Source: Octopus sinensis (Eukaryota). Taken from it: a DNA stretch of 64,000 nt. Below, piece after piece: positions 13,215-27,495 of this stretch (its first letter is position 1; the number at the start of each line of letters is the position of its first letter). The stretch is from positions 4,278,001-4,342,000 of the forward strand of contig NC_043005.1 in the NCBI RefSeq assembly GCF_006345805.1, in the 5' to 3' direction. Under the pieces are notes generated by a model, which searched no databases, was not told where the DNA came from, and worked only from the letters and a program-made list of their open reading frames with translations. The translations under genes and the position numbers were made by a program.

Positions 13215-13640
13215 TTGCTTGTGTATATGTGTGTGTGTTGTATGTGTGCATCTATGGAGATGTGTGTATATACATATATGTATGTATGTGTATGTATGTG
13301 TGCTTATATGATGTGTGTAGATGCATATATGTGTGTGTATATGCATATGTGTATGTATGCATGTGTGTGTATATATGTATGCATGTGTGTGTATATATGT
13401 ATGCATGTGTGTGTATATATGTATGCATGTGTGTGTATATATGTATGCATGTGTGTGTATGTATGCGTGCATGCATATATGATGTGTATGTATGCGTGCA
13501 TGTGTGTGTGTGTGCATGTATATATGTGTATATGCCTGCATGTCTTTGTAAATGTGTATATAGGTATGTATACATTTATCTGTATATGTAAATTCATTTT
13601 TGTGTGTATATGTATGTGTGTGTGTTCTCATAACATGCTC
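13215..13640. repeat. Compound (TG/TA/TGCA) micro/minisatellite
   Basis: Includes tandem 22-bp units atgtatgcatgtgtgtgtatat; it produces the spurious stacked ORFs at 13181-13667. Confidence 0.9.
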
Positions 13641-14863
13641 ACATACACCTATACATACATCAGATAGAAATATCCTCAGTGGTGATAAGACTTTTCTGTA
13701 ATGAACTTGTAACTTGGTGGTTTGTACAATTATATTTGATACTACTTGAATGTTTCAGCAGCAATAATAATAATAATAATAATGGCTTCAGATTTTGGCA
13801 CTAGGCCAAGGAATCAAGTAAATGACATCAGTGTCAGTACTTGTACTTTACTTCAACTCCAAAAAGATAAAAGGCAAAGTCAGCTACAGTGGAATTTGAA
13901 CTCGCACTAATAATTCTGCCAGCCTGCCATTTTAACAATAATGATCTTTTCTACTATAAGCAGAAGGCCAGAAATTTTGGAAGGGGACAAGTCAGTTACA
14001 TTGACTCCAGTACTTGAATGATCTTCATTTTATCGACCCCAGAAAAATAGAAGGCAAAGCTGACTTCAGTGGAATTTGAACTCAGAATGTAATGAGCCAG
14101 AAGATATGCTACTATCCATTTTGTCTGATGCACTGATAATCCTGTCGGATTGCTGCCTTAATATTAATTCTTTGTACTACAGGCACAAGGTCTGAAAACT
14201 TGGGAGAGGGAGCTAGTCAATTATATTGACCCCCAGTGTCTAACTGGTACTTATTTTATTGAGCCAGGGAGGAAGAACAGTGAAGTTGACTTCGATGGAA
14301 TTTGAACCCAGAACATAAACAGCTTGAAGAAATGCCACTAAACATTTTGTCTGATGTGCTAACAATTCTGCCAACTCACCATCTTAGTAGTATTACTACT
14401 ACTACTGCTACCACTAATAGTAATAATAATAAAGCAAAACCAAACAGACTAAATGAAGTCTTAGTGTGTGTGTGTGTGTGTGACTTACACCTCTGTTGAT
14501 GGGTGTAATTTCTGTTTTTATATGCTGCACCCCACCCGTTCCGCTAATCTGGTTGATTACAACATTGGCTGGAATTACTAGAGATTATGTTTTAATACAT
14601 CATCATCTTCAGTGCAGGAGGATGGTTGAAGAATGGAACCGTTGAGTTGGTATCGTGTTTCACTCTTGAAGTGGTATCTTTTTACCAGAACACAGAACAT
14701 GATATGGCTGCTGAGAGAGAGAGAGTGTGTGTGTGTGTGCGCGCACGCGCGTGCGTCTGTGTGTGTGTCTCTGTGTGTGCGTGTGTGTGTATCTAAGTTT
14801 ACTTTCTCTGTGTCATGGTGTACACTATCAGTTCACTAGATTTTGGTGTAACAGAAAAATAAC

Positions 14864-14865
<2 letters not shown>

Positions 14866-14934
<69 letters not shown>
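14866..14934. repeat. (CT)n microsatellite
   Basis: Pure dinucleotide run. Confidence 0.95.
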
Positions 14935-14939
<5 letters not shown>

Positions 14940-15588
14940 ATCTCTGCTACTTTTGAAGCTATTTTAAGTTATTCTCGCAAAGCAATTGGAACTTCTAGGA
15001 ACAAGTATAAATGTTGACCTTTGACCTCTGACTTTAAACTCTTGAATCAAAACTTTCATTGTTCAAACCACAGTTAAGATTCTCCTCTCAGATCATCATC
15101 ATCATCATTATTATTATTTTCATCTTAATATTCCTCATTATTCATCACCCCACCATCTTTATTGGATTCGTTGTCATCATCACCTCCGTCTCCATTCTCA
15201 CTTTCGTCATTGTCATCCTGGTCTTCATCTTTGTTCTCAGCATCTCCATCATCATCATCATCTCCATCATCATCACAATCATTACCATTTGTTTTTTTTT
15301 ATATTTTATTTTTAATAACCACTGCAATATCACTCAGCTGGTTACTGCTGAAGATCCTCTCCTTTGCCACCCCCAACTACTCCAATGGTCAGCCCCTAAA
15401 GGTAAAATGACGCTTAGGTGTCCTTTCACCTTCAGTTTTAACCAGAAAGTCTCTCTCTCTCTCTCCCTCCCTCTCTCTCTCACACATTCTGTGTCTGATA
15501 GCAAGAAGATATGATTGCAACTGTTATTTTGTGATGTGTGTGTTGAATATATATGTGTGTACACATACATAAGTGTGTTGTTTATAGA

Positions 15589-15980
15589 GGCACAGGAGTG
15601 GCTGTGTGGTAAGTAGCTTGCTTACCAACCACATGGTTCCGGGTTCAGTCCCATGGCACCTTGGGCAAATGTCTCCTATAGCTGCGGGCCGACCAAAGTA
15701 GCCTTGTGAGCGAATTTGGTAGATGGAAACTGAAAGAAGCCTGTCATATATATATGTGTGTGTGTGTGTGTGTCTGTTTGTCCCCCCCACCACCATCACC
15801 ATCGCTTGACAACTGATGCTGGTGTGTGTACGTCCCCGTAACTTAGCAGTTTAGCAAAAGAGACCGATAGAATAAGTACTAGGCTTACAAAAAATAAGTC
15901 CTGAGATCGATTTGTTTGATGAAAGGTGCTGCTCCAGCATGGCCGCAGTCAAATGACTGAAACAAAAGAATAAAAGAATA
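15589..15980 (+). mobile_element. tRNA-derived SINE family A, full length
   Basis: ggcacaggagtggctgtgtggtaagtagc...gcagtcaaatgactgaaac. Confidence 0.85.
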
Positions 15981-18900
15981 TATTTACTCACACACAATGT
16001 TATTTCACATACCGTTTGAATTTATACCATGGCCTTAACTTGATGTCAGCAATAGAAGGTGGATATCTGAATATCACCGATATCCATTGGTCACAATGTG
16101 AAAGGTAGACAGGTACACATTGTCAGGTAGGCAGACTGAACCAATACAAAATCTTTGTTTTTAGAAAAAAGTTGCTTATTGTGCCAGATGGTGACTGTAC
16201 ATTGGTGTTATGCTAATGACACTCAAATGTCTGTGCTTTGTGAAATTGCTGTTGTCGAGCCCCAAGTCTTCTTTCTCTTCAAGTTTTCTAAACATGTCGA
16301 ATGTTAGCTGAATGACTAAGCTCAGCCTTTAGAGCTGTTGTTTACATTTTTAACTGGTATGAGAAAACTTGGCTGCCAAACAAGCCGGGCAAGCCGTGAC
16401 TGTTGTCTTCTTTGCTAAATTGTCATGTTGTTAATTAACCTCAGTTCTCTTTGATGTAGCAAACCTATAACAGCAATTAAGCATGAAATGGTTAGAAGTC
16501 ACACACATTTCAGACATTCTGCATCTGTTGTTGTCTTGCAGTCTTATTTGGCATCACTCTATACTGTGTGTCTTTCGGTAAAATCTTTAGCTGTGGCTCT
16601 CTTTTGGTATATAATATTTTCTACTTTGGGGACAAGGCCTGAAATTTGGTGGTGGGGGTTGAGTCAATTACCTCAACCCCAGTACTCAACTGGTACTTAT
16701 TTTATCGACCCTGAAAGGATGAAAGGTAAAGTAGACCTTGGTGGAATTTGAACTCAGAACATTGTGACAGGCAGAATACTGCGAAGCACTTCGTCCAGCA
16801 TGCTAACGATTCTGCCAACTTTCCGCTTTAGCAGTTTCAAAGAAGGGGGTAAGTTGATTACATTTACCCCAGTACGCAACTGGTACTTATTTTACTGATG
16901 CTCAAAAGGGATGAAAGGCAAAGTTGATCTTGGTAGAATTTGAACTCAGAACCTCAAATTGGGAGAAATTCCAAAAGCATTCCGCCTGGCGTGCTAACGA
17001 TTCTGCCAGTTCACCACTTGAATGATAATAATAATCCTTTCTCTTCTAGGCAGAAGGCTTGAAATTTTGGGGGCAGGGCTAGTCAATTACATTACTCTCA
17101 GTGCTCAACTGGTACTAGATTTATTGACCCCTGAAAGGGTGAAGGGCAAAGTTGACCTTGATGAAATTTGAACTCAAAACATAAGAACGGATGAAATGCC
17201 ACTTCGCCTTTTGCCTGCATTACACAGCAGTGGTGGAGTGTATTTTTGTGTTAGACACCAATAGTGTTGTGTGTGTAATATGCCTGTCCCATTACATCTA
17301 TGTATTTATTCAATGCAAAAACCATCATGTTGAGCCGATTAACTGCAGCATTTGTTTGGAGATAAATGTCTCCTCTGGATGTTCCGTGTTAATGATGACA
17401 TGGACATTCTCTCCAGACAAAACACCTCAGTTAATTTGCCCTCTCGTGATGTGTTGTCATTAACTATGACGCAAATGGCTATCTTAATTCAAAACTAATT
17501 ATCTTTCAGCCAACAGATTTTTATACGATACTTATTACGCTTGTGGCTGAGCTAGCAATGATGTATGTTGTATATATATTGAATTACACAATAGTTATAT
17601 AGCTTGTCTGCGTGTGTGCGTACATGTGTGTGTATATTGTCTTAGGAAAGGGTTGCGTGTTATATAGGAGTTGTGCTCTTGTGTGCAAGTGTTGTATAAC
17701 ACAGATTATTTTTATGTCGTTAAGGCAGAGCCATGATGAACTTTGTGAACAGCCGTAACATTTTTATGTGAGAATTATGTTGATTGATTCTGAAAACCAT
17801 CCTCTCCCAACAAATCGATTCTGTTGCTTACAATATTTTCATCAGATGATTCTACTCCAGACATAATTCCTCCCTCCAGGATCAATAAAATAGTACCAGT
17901 TATATACTCGGGTTGATATTAACACCCCCCTCCTCCTAAAATTGCTGGCATTGTGCCAAAGTAGAACGAATGACTTCTTCCTTTATTCTCTCACTTGACT
18001 TTCTACAAATGTTTTATTTCAAGTATCTTGGGTGTACTTCACGTGTTCTGTGCTTTCATTTAATCGTTAGCAACTGAGGTGATGATGATGATGGTGAGGA
18101 GGAGGAGGAGGCAGAGGAGGCAATTGTTGTCTACATCTGTTTGTTTGCTATTATCTATTATTATTATTAATTTCTTTTTCTATGCTGCTTTCGGGGATGG
18201 GGGCTAATTCATTTCTTTTTTTTTTTTTTCCATGTGTATATTATGTAAGTTGGATTATAATATATTGAGGGAATTCTGTACAGAATGTGTGTTATCTGGG
18301 CTGCTGTATTTTCGGTGGGTGAGGTGGGGGGGGGGGGTAGGTTAGCTATGTAGCAAACCTTGGGACATCATCATCATCATTATTACTTTTATTATTATTA
18401 TTATTATTATTGAGGCAGTGAGCTGGCAGAATCGTTAGCATGCCGGGCAAAATACATAGCAGCATTTCGTCCATTGTTACGTTCTGAGTTCAAATTCCAC
18501 CGTGGTCGATTTTGCCTTTCATCCTTTCAGGTTCGATAAAATAAGTACCAGTTACATACTGGAGTTGTTGTAATTGACTGTCTCCCTCTCCCCCAAAATT
18601 CAGGCCTTGTGCCTACAGTAGAAAGGATTATTATTATTGTTATAGTATAGATGTTCTTGTTTATTTCTCTTTTGAGCAATACCCAGTGTACCAGCTATGA
18701 TGAGTGTTGTCTCACTGTTATCCCCCATGTGAGAGAGGTTTATTTCAATCCCTACATGTGTGTGTGTGTGTGTGTGTATTTGAATCATCCAAGAGTTGTC
18801 TACAAAGAAGAAAAAGACAGTCCACCTTGTCCAGCATCAATAACTGATGCCAGGCCAATGTCTTGTTGTTTAGCCCCGTGTCAGCTCTTGCTGAAGAAAC

Positions 18901-21900
18901 CTATAATGAAGGGCATTCTAGCCACATAACCTGATCATCCCATTATTTTGTTTTTCAATTACAATAATTTTTTACTTAGGATCCCCCCCACTCCATGCCA
19001 ACACCACACAGTGTGTCTTTAGTTTTATCCATTTTGTTTTTTTTTGTTTGCTTAGACCAATGAATTTCAACCATTTTTTAAACCTTTAGGACTCTTTTGA
19101 TTCCTATTTTACTTGGATGGACCCTCACAGCTATTCAATGTTTAAAAAAAACAAAAACCTATTATATTTTTTTAACACTTTGACATCTAAACAGGCCATT
19201 TCTGGCCAAAATACCTTGTTTTATGCCCAATCCAGCCAGATCTGGCTTCTCACACCGACCCTACAATGCCGTTTTAAAAATAAACAATCTCATCATCCAA
19301 ATCTTAAATCCACAAGATGACAGAAAAATCTGGATGCGAAAGGATTAATTATTTATTATTTAGGAATTGGTATAAAAAAAAAATCATTGAAATATTTTGT
19401 GTATTGCAGGAATATAACCAGTTTATTTGGACATAAATTTTAACAACAAAATCTTATATGGACCCCCACCACCAACACCACCACCATCACGGGTCATGTG
19501 GACCCCAGTTGAGAATCACTGGTTTAGTCAGTAGGATGTGATTTTGAGGGAGACATTGCTGTTATTTCTACCAGATGGGGTGAGCAGGTAGCTGCTTTGT
19601 TGTTAGCTCCTTGCCATAGTCTCTTTGTGTGGATCTGTTGGTGTCTCCTACTTTTGCTGTAACTCACTTTCTCTCTCTCTCTCTCTAAAGACTTTTGTTT
19701 TGTTTTGATTTGCAAGTGTTAACAGGTTTATTACTCACTGTTTGTCATCACTTGCCCCAGGGAATACTTGTTACTACTACTACCATCACCACCACCACCA
19801 CCACTACTACTACTACAACAACAAGAATTCACACTGTCTCACATATGCCAACAGGAGGCCCTCTGTGGTTGCATTGCTCAGTCTGCTAGAAATACCAACC
19901 AAAAATCTCCCCCAAATCAAACCCAACTGTCTTAAACAGAGAAGTGCACATTAAATTTGCTGCTAGATATCAAATTATCTGATGAGTAGAGATATAAAGT
20001 ATGTGTGTGTGTGTGAGAGAGAGAGAGATAGATAGATAGATAGATAGATAGATATAAAGTGGGAGAGAGAGAGAGAGTATGGATGGTGTGTAGGTGTGTG
20101 TTGTTTTTTGTTTTTGTTAACTGAATTACTTTTACTTCGATGGGTGAGGTCGTTGCTGGAGCATTTGTTTTTACAGCTGGATGCCCTTCCTTCTGCTAAT
20201 TTCTGAATTGTGATGTAGTTAATGGTAGAGAGGCTGTCTTTTATTATTTTAGGGTGGTGGGGTGGGAGGACGGAGGGTTTCCAGTTTAGTCTAGCAGCAT
20301 GGAACTAGGTAAGTTGTGTGTCTTGCTCAAAAGTTACTACAACAGAATAGTCATAGTAACCCTTTTGACGCCAACCCACACGAGTTCTATGACACAAACT
20401 TCCTGTTTTAAAGTGATGCAAATTGAAATCTCTTAGCAAAATTTCATGTTTATTTCTGTTCTAAACACTTATGATGATCATCATCATCGTTTAACGTCCG
20501 CTTTCCATGCTAGCATGGGTTGGACAATTTTGACTGAGGGCTGGTGAGCCAGATGGCTGCACCAGGCCCCAATCTTGATCTGGCAGTGTTTCTACAGCTG
20601 GATGCCCTTCTTAACGCCAACCACTCCAAGAGTGTAGTGGGTGCTTTTTACGTGCCACAGGCACAGGGGCCATTCAGGCGGTACTGGCAATGACCTCGCT
20701 CGAATCTTTTTACGCATGCCACTGGCACAGGTGCCAGTAAGGCGACGTTGGTAATAATAATTATTATTATTTTTATTAAATTCCTTATTTCAAAACAAAT
20801 CGAGACAAAAGGTATTGTAATTCGACAGAAATGGGGTAACAAAAGGGTTAAAGTTACCTAAAAGCCTTCCAGGAAAATTTCATGTTAATTTATGTTCCAA
20901 ACACCAGTGTGTCAAAGGTGCCGCTATGTCAGGGATTTCATGCATTGAGCGTACTTTGAAGGTGCTATGCATCAGAGGCACCATCTGTGAGAATCTTTAG
21001 GAAGACTAAAAAGGATTTGGGAAGCTGCTATTTATCCTGAAATCCGCTCTGATCCAGTTACATGGCTGGTCAAAGATATTCCAGTTATGACTGTCCTGTC
21101 TATTTTTATTTTTAACACAACTTGGACTATATTATCCACTGTGACCTCCACCCCCAGCTTCTTTTTAAAGTAGTTGAATAAGATTTGAGAGGAATTTGGC
21201 TGCTTATTACAACAGATCAAATGGTTATATGGAGGTTCCCTTTCTGAATGAAGTGTTGTTTAGATGTCAGATTTATGTGTGTCATACCTTGTAGATATAT
21301 GATATGATGATATAGAACTGAGTATGAATGGAGACAGGCTTTATTGCAAACGCATTCAACACCAACCAGCATAGAAAAGAAGGCTAAAATATCATTATAG
21401 CTTTTCATAAATAAACAAGGTTTTTTTTCTTTCCTTTTTTGAAGAATTTCTCTCTTTCCTAATGTTTTACAACATCAAAGAATCGCTTAAAGGCAGCTTA
21501 ATCACTTTCATGTTTTTCTTTTCATTTGTTTGTCATTTATTATATTTTTGGTAATAAATAATTTAGGGCGTCAGTGACAGTATGACCTGTGTAGGCTCTT
21601 CCCAGACAGGTGAGATTAATGAGGCAGATTACCTAGCCTAAACAGCTGTAAGGGAAAAAATCACTGGTAGATAAGTAAACTTAGGGCAACAGTCTGGTAT
21701 GAATGGTTGCATCATCATCATACGTCTGTGTTCCATTTCCATGCTTGCCTGGGTTGAATGGAGTTTATTGAGGCAGATTTTCTATGACCAGCTTCCCTTC
21801 CTGCAACTATTTTTCACTTGTTCCCAGGCAAGGTAATATTTCCTCATGCCCAGACATGTTTTTCATGGAACTTTGACGATCAACATTTGCCACTGCTTGT

Positions 21901-22599
21901 ATGATGATGATGATGATGATTTGTCACATGATGTCAGGACAAGGAAACCCACACATGCACACACACACACACACACACATGCGCGCGCACACAACAGGTT
22001 TGCTTTAGTTTCCATCTACCAAATCCACTAACAACACTTTGGTTGGTCCAGAACTATAGCAGAAGACACTTGCCTAAGGTGCCACACTATGGGACTGAAC
22101 CTGAAACCATGTAGTTGGGAAGTAAACTTCTTAAGCACGTGGCCTTGCTTGCAATGGAGTAAAAGAAAAAAATTCTGACCTCCTCCCCCTTGACCGGGTG
22201 GTGGTGTTGACCCTTTAAATACCAACCCATATGAGACCACTCCTATTTCTATGATACAGATTTCCTGTTCAAATTGATCTGAATAAAAACCCATCAAAAT
22301 TCTGTATTTATGTTCCAAACACCAGATTAAAAAGGAAAAAGTTATTTCATTAAATTCTTCATTTTCAAAATTTATTGAAACAATAGCAGTGTATTTCAAT
22401 GGAAATATGGTAACAAAAGGGTTAAGCAGAACTGTGTTCTTTGATACACAGCGTCATTGTTCATGTAACATTGTAAAGTAATGATTTACTGATTTTAAAA
22501 AAAAGAATTCCTGAATATAAATTTATATTAAAACTGATTTCTTTGTGAAAATCCCCTGATGAGGATATGTGTGTGTTGATACCAACATTGTCTTACTTA

Positions 22600-23030
22600 C
22601 CAATGTTGCCTTACTACCAACATCGCCTTACTGGCACTTGTGCCTGTGCTAGTAGGGTGCCAAGCGCACCATCCGAGTGTGATCGTTGTCAGAGCAGCCA
22701 ACTGGCTCTGTGCCGGTGGCATGTAAAAGGGCACCATTCGAGCGTGATCGTTACCAACGTCGCCTTACTGGCACCTGTGCCAGTGGCATGTATAAAAAGA
22801 TTCAAGTAAGGTCATTGCCAGTACCGCCTGACTGGCCCCCATGCCGGTGGCACATAAAAAGCACCCACTACACTCTTGGAGTGGTTGGCGTTAGGAAGGG
22901 CATCCAGCTGTAGAAACATTGCCAGATCAAGATAGGAGCCAAGTGTGGCCGTCTGGTTCGCCAGCCCTCAGTCAAAATCGTCCAACCTATGCTAGCATGG
23001 AAAGCAGACGTTAAACGATGATGATGATGA
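22600..23030 (+). mobile_element. SINE family C with RTE-like 3' tail and internal tandem repeats
   Basis: ...gcacccactacactcttggagtggttggcgttaggaagggcatccagctgtagaaac...gcatggaaagcagacgttaaac(gat)n. Other copies: 20480-20750(-), 36690-36960(-), 40990-41270(-), 46015-46390(-), 59030-59350(+). Confidence 0.8.
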
Positions 23031-25664
23031 TGTGTTAAAGATAAATTGCAATGAGAAATGCTCAACTGGTGAGAGTTTACTAGAAAATAAGTTAAACAAT
23101 GCTTAAATGTAAGCAATTTGGAGATATACCTGTGTGATAGTTTATTTTCATGCCTAATTACATTCCATGTTAACCAACGCTATTCTTCACATGACTCATA
23201 AATTCTTTGAAATGTCATATTAACATTAAGTATTGCTTTTGGTGAGAGGAGCTTGTTTATAATAATGGCTGCTCTATGCTACCTGAGGTTATTTGAAGCA
23301 CATTGGAGCAGTTGTTGATGTTGTTATTGTTGTTGCTTTTGTAGTTGGATGTTGTTGATGTGTTGCGTATTTATGGCCAATGGCAATAAAGGATTTAATA
23401 TTAAGTACTTGACGAGCTGCATGCAACTTAACGCTAAGTAAATAACTTCTTTACGTATGTAGTTGGATATTATATCAGAGAGTTAAGTCATCAACTTTCT
23501 ATAATAATAATAATGGTTTCAAATTTTGGCACAAGGCCAGCAATTTCAAGGAAGGGTGCTGGTCGATTACATCAACCCCAGTACTCAACTGGTTCTTATT
23601 TCATCGACCTCCCCACAAAGGATGAGAGGCAAAGTCAACCTTGATAGAGTTTGAACTCAGAACGTAAAGACGGATGAAATATTAATCACTTTGTCTCGCC
23701 TTCTGCCTCAAGCTATTGTAATAATGATGATGATAATGATAATGATGATTTCTTTTATTTGCCACGGGGGTATCAAATTGTGGGAGCTTTACGTAAAAGA
23801 TGGGGAGAAGGAGGGAGGAACAGGAAATGAGATAAAAGGTATACATTGTAATCAAAATATGGGAATACGTGAATGATGAAGTCTTCCTGATGCTGTAGAG
23901 GACCAGTCAAAGAATCCCACAGATCCAAGATCACCCTGACCATCAAGGGCCCAAGTCCTCACCCAACTGTTGTTCTCCAGTCTATAGGCACAGGTTTAGA
24001 GTAGATCCGTTTTTGCCACAGTCACTCACCTTTTTCTCAAATTTCCTAGGAAAGGGCACTTTCTTCTCTACTTTCACTTAACTTTCCAAGTAGAACTTAA
24101 GAAAGTCAATGAGGGCTTCATTGAATTAGAAAGTATCTGTCCTCAGGCATGGCTGTGTGGTTAAGAAGTTCTTATTCCAACCACAATGTTTCAGGCTTAG
24201 TTCTATTGCATGGCCTCTTGGGTGTCTCCTATAACCCTAGCCAGCTGACCACTGCCTTGTGAGTGAATTCAGTTAGTAGAAACTATAAGGAAGCCCATAC
24301 ATATATTTGTGTTTTATGTTCGCCCCCCCCCCTCCATCACTGCTTGATGACTAGTGTTGGTCTGTTTACATGCCATAACTTAGCAGCTGGGCAAAAGAAA
24401 CTGATAGAATAAGTTCCAGAAAATAAATAATAGAAAAAAAGTCTTGGGGTGGGGCAATCTGTTCAACTAAAACCCTTTAAGGTAGTGTCTTAGCATGGCT
24501 GCAGTCCAATGACTGAAACAAGTAAATGCTAAACATATTCAAAGTCCAAATTTTCACTACCCTGCAGCATTACTCTTCATACTCAAGCATCATACAATCT
24601 ACTCTTTACTGTAAGAAAGAGAATTCTTTTGTTACCAGCTGAAGTAATAACTCCCTGAGCTTTTCCCCCCACAATGAAATGGTAACTAATATTTTTGTGG
24701 TTTTCAGTTTATAGTATTAGTTCTCAATCCAAAAAATGCAAGCTAGTGATGGTAGTCATTGGCCACTGATGGAGGACCAACTCTAGTTCTCATTTAATAA
24801 GTTCCCACGATCCCGAAGTAGAATACATTCTCTTCTTGTCTCAGTCTGCTTAGACACACATATGCACCACTCCCCTCTTATCAGTTTCAGTGGTTGGAAC
24901 TGACATATAACATCCCTTTGTTTGGGAGAAGCAAAACCGAAAAAGTTCCATAATTCATAAGCAAATAGCGAGCTAACAGGGGAGTGTGTGTGTGTGATTG
25001 CTAAACGTGCTAGATATAACAGTTAAATCTCTCTCATATCAAACAGCTACTGAGTTAAAAAAAAGGGACACATTAGATAATGTTGTCTATAATATTTTGT
25101 CTGCAAAAAAGAAGAAAGAAAACAAAGCAAAAGAAAGCCAAAATGGAGTGATCACAGCTGGAAGACCTTTTCCATCAAAGCTGTACTTGACCAAGGGCTA
25201 AACAACAGCAGCAACACATGTAAACAGTCAAACTGACATCCCCTTCCATATTAACAACATCAGACAAAGAAAAAAGAAATCCATTTGAATACAAAATCAT
25301 TAAATATAAAGAAAGAAAGAAAGAAAAAACTCCAGAGAAAGATGGACTGTGTTCGCACCATTCCTGTTGTTTGTCTTTTGTAACCGTTTTTGCTATTCTC
25401 TTCCACTCTAAACTTCCTTCCATGTGTCTCAGGTGTGTTTAGAATATGGTGTTTGGCATTCTTCAAGTTATTTTTGCTTGTCTCTTGGGTTTCTGCCATC
25501 TCCCTCTCTTTTTTTCTTCTTTTCTTCCAGCTTGGTTAGTCTCTTATTTCTATTGTTTCTCGTGTTCTTGTGCAATGCACTGCTACTATCATCATCATCA
25601 TCATTATTATTATCATCATCATTATTATTATTATCATTATCATTATTATTATTATCATTACAAA

Positions 25665-25876
25665 GGTGGGGAGCTGGCTGAATCATTAGCCCAGTTGACA
25701 AAATGCTTGGCAGCATTTCGTCCGTCTTCACATTCTGAGTTCAAATATTGCTAAGGTCTACTTTGCCTTTCATCCTGTTGGGGTTGATAAAATAAATACC
25801 CATTGAACATTGGGTTCGATGTAATCAAGTTACCCCCTTCCCTTACAAATGCTGGCTTTGTGCCAAAATTTGAAAC

Positions 25877-25915
<39 letters not shown>

Positions 25916-26560
25916 GGTGGCGAGCTGGCAGAGTGATTAGCACCCTGGGTGAAATGCTTAGCGGTATTTCGTCTGTCTCTATGTTCTGAGTTCAAATTCT
26001 GCTGAGATTGACTTTGCCTTTCATCCTTTTGGGGTTGATAAATTAAGTACCAGTCAAGTACTGGGGTCGATCTAATCGACTGGTCCCCTCCTCCAAAAAT
26101 TTCAGGCCTTACGCCTAAAGTAGAAAAGATTATTATTATTGTCGTTATTATTAAGGGTCAGCTGGCAGAACCATTAGCATGTGAGACAAAATACTCAGGG
26201 GCACGTCTTCTGCCTCTTCACTTTCTGTGTTCAGATCCCACCTAGGTTTACTTTGCCTGTCGTCCTTTTAGGGTCAATAAGTATATCCCCTCCCCCCAAA
26301 TTTCAGGCCTTGTGCCTATCGTAGAAAGAATTCCACCGTTAAGGTAGCAAACTGGCAGAATTGTTAGCATGTTGGGCAGAATACTTAGCATTTCCTCCAG
26401 TTCTTTATGCCCTGAGCTCAAATCCCATTGTAGTCAGCTCTTTCATCCTTTCAGGGTTGATAAAATAAAGGACCATTAAAGTACTGGAGTTGATGTAATC
26501 AACTCTCCTCCACCCCGACCCCAAATTTACTGGCCATGTGCCAAAATTTGAAACCCTTCT
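25665..26560 (+). repeat. Head-to-tail array of four family B SINEs
   Basis: Heads near 25667, 25915, 26155 and 26340, separated by (ATT)n tails. Confidence 0.8.
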
Positions 26561-27264
26561 TTTTCTACTTATTTATTATTATTGAAGGTTTATACACAGG
26601 GTGGATGTTGTTCATAATATTGTAGTACTAATAGTAGTAGCAGTAGTTTGAGAGAAAGAGAGAGGTTGTGTGTGTGTGTCTGCATGCAGTATGTTGATTT
26701 TAAGGGTTACAGTGGTACCATCGTATCTTCATCACGGAATGATTTAACCTGATATCCTTGTGATGAAATCTGGAACAAGCTGGATAATAAACAGCAGCAA
26801 AGATGCTGATGTAAAGTAAAGAAAGCATCTGTTTTTACTTGTCAAAGACAGGACTTGATGGGTGGCATGAACGTTTAGATTACCCTGATCACTCCCACCT
26901 ATTTTATTTTGTTTTACGTTGTTGCCGATCAGTTTGGAACAACTAAAGGCTTTTAAGGCAACAAGCTTTTCTACAGGACTAACAACAGAGGAGCTGTTAA
27001 GAAAACCTGACAGCAAAACAGCTTTTTTGATGGACCAAGACAATACCAGAACAGCTTTAAACTGAATTCGTCGTCTGATTTATTGATGGTGGCTGAAGAA
27101 TGGATTTATTTTATTTATCAGTTGTTTAAGACTTTCTCAGGGGAAGAAGTCCAGGGCCTCCGAGACTTGTGGAATGAAGTGGGAAAGGTATTGTTAAACC
27201 AGAGACCTGATTGTTTTGTGATTCTACTCAAGGCACCCGACAGCCTGATGGTATTCTTAAAACT

Positions 27265-27495
27265 GGGCGAGCTGGCAGAAACGTTAGCACGCCGAGCAAA
27301 ATGCGTAGCTGTATTTCATCTGCTGTTACGTTCTGAGTTCAAATTCCTCTGAGGTCGACTTTGCCTTTCATCCTTTCAGGGTCGATAAATTAAGTACCAG
27401 TTACGAATGGGGTTGATGTAATCGACTTAATCCGTTTGTCTGCCCTTGTTTGTCCTCTCTGTTTAGCCCCTTGTGGGTAGTAAAGAAATAGGTAT
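27265..27495 (+). mobile_element. tRNA-derived SINE family B (representative, little-diverged copy)
   Basis: ggcgagctggcagaaacgttagc...ttctgagttcaaattcc...gactttgcctttcatcctttcagggtcgataaattaagtaccag; dozens of copies occur in both orientations. Confidence 0.85.

Noticed and set aside
13181-13667. Stacked long ORFs on both strands (97-152 aa)
   Set aside because: They are translations of a TG/TA microsatellite (CVCMY/HTHIY runs).
22550-22600. Hammerhead-like CTGATGA cores (also near 2638, 19979 and 54500)
   Set aside because: I could not find a correctly placed GAAA with closable stems II and III.
22600-22860. Short repeats with intervening sequence, superficially CRISPR-like
   Set aside because: These are internal tandem repeats of SINE family C, recurring in other copies. 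The DNA is eukaryotic, with no cas genes or unique spacers.
24998-25440. Lys-rich open frames as another first exon
   Set aside because: No ATG-initiated frame ends at a phase-0 donor; the available donor at ctcag|gtgtgt is phase 2.
25260-25754. Overlapping ORFs with poly-N/D/H/Y
   Set aside because: Derived from (ATC/ATT)n repeats and a SINE head.
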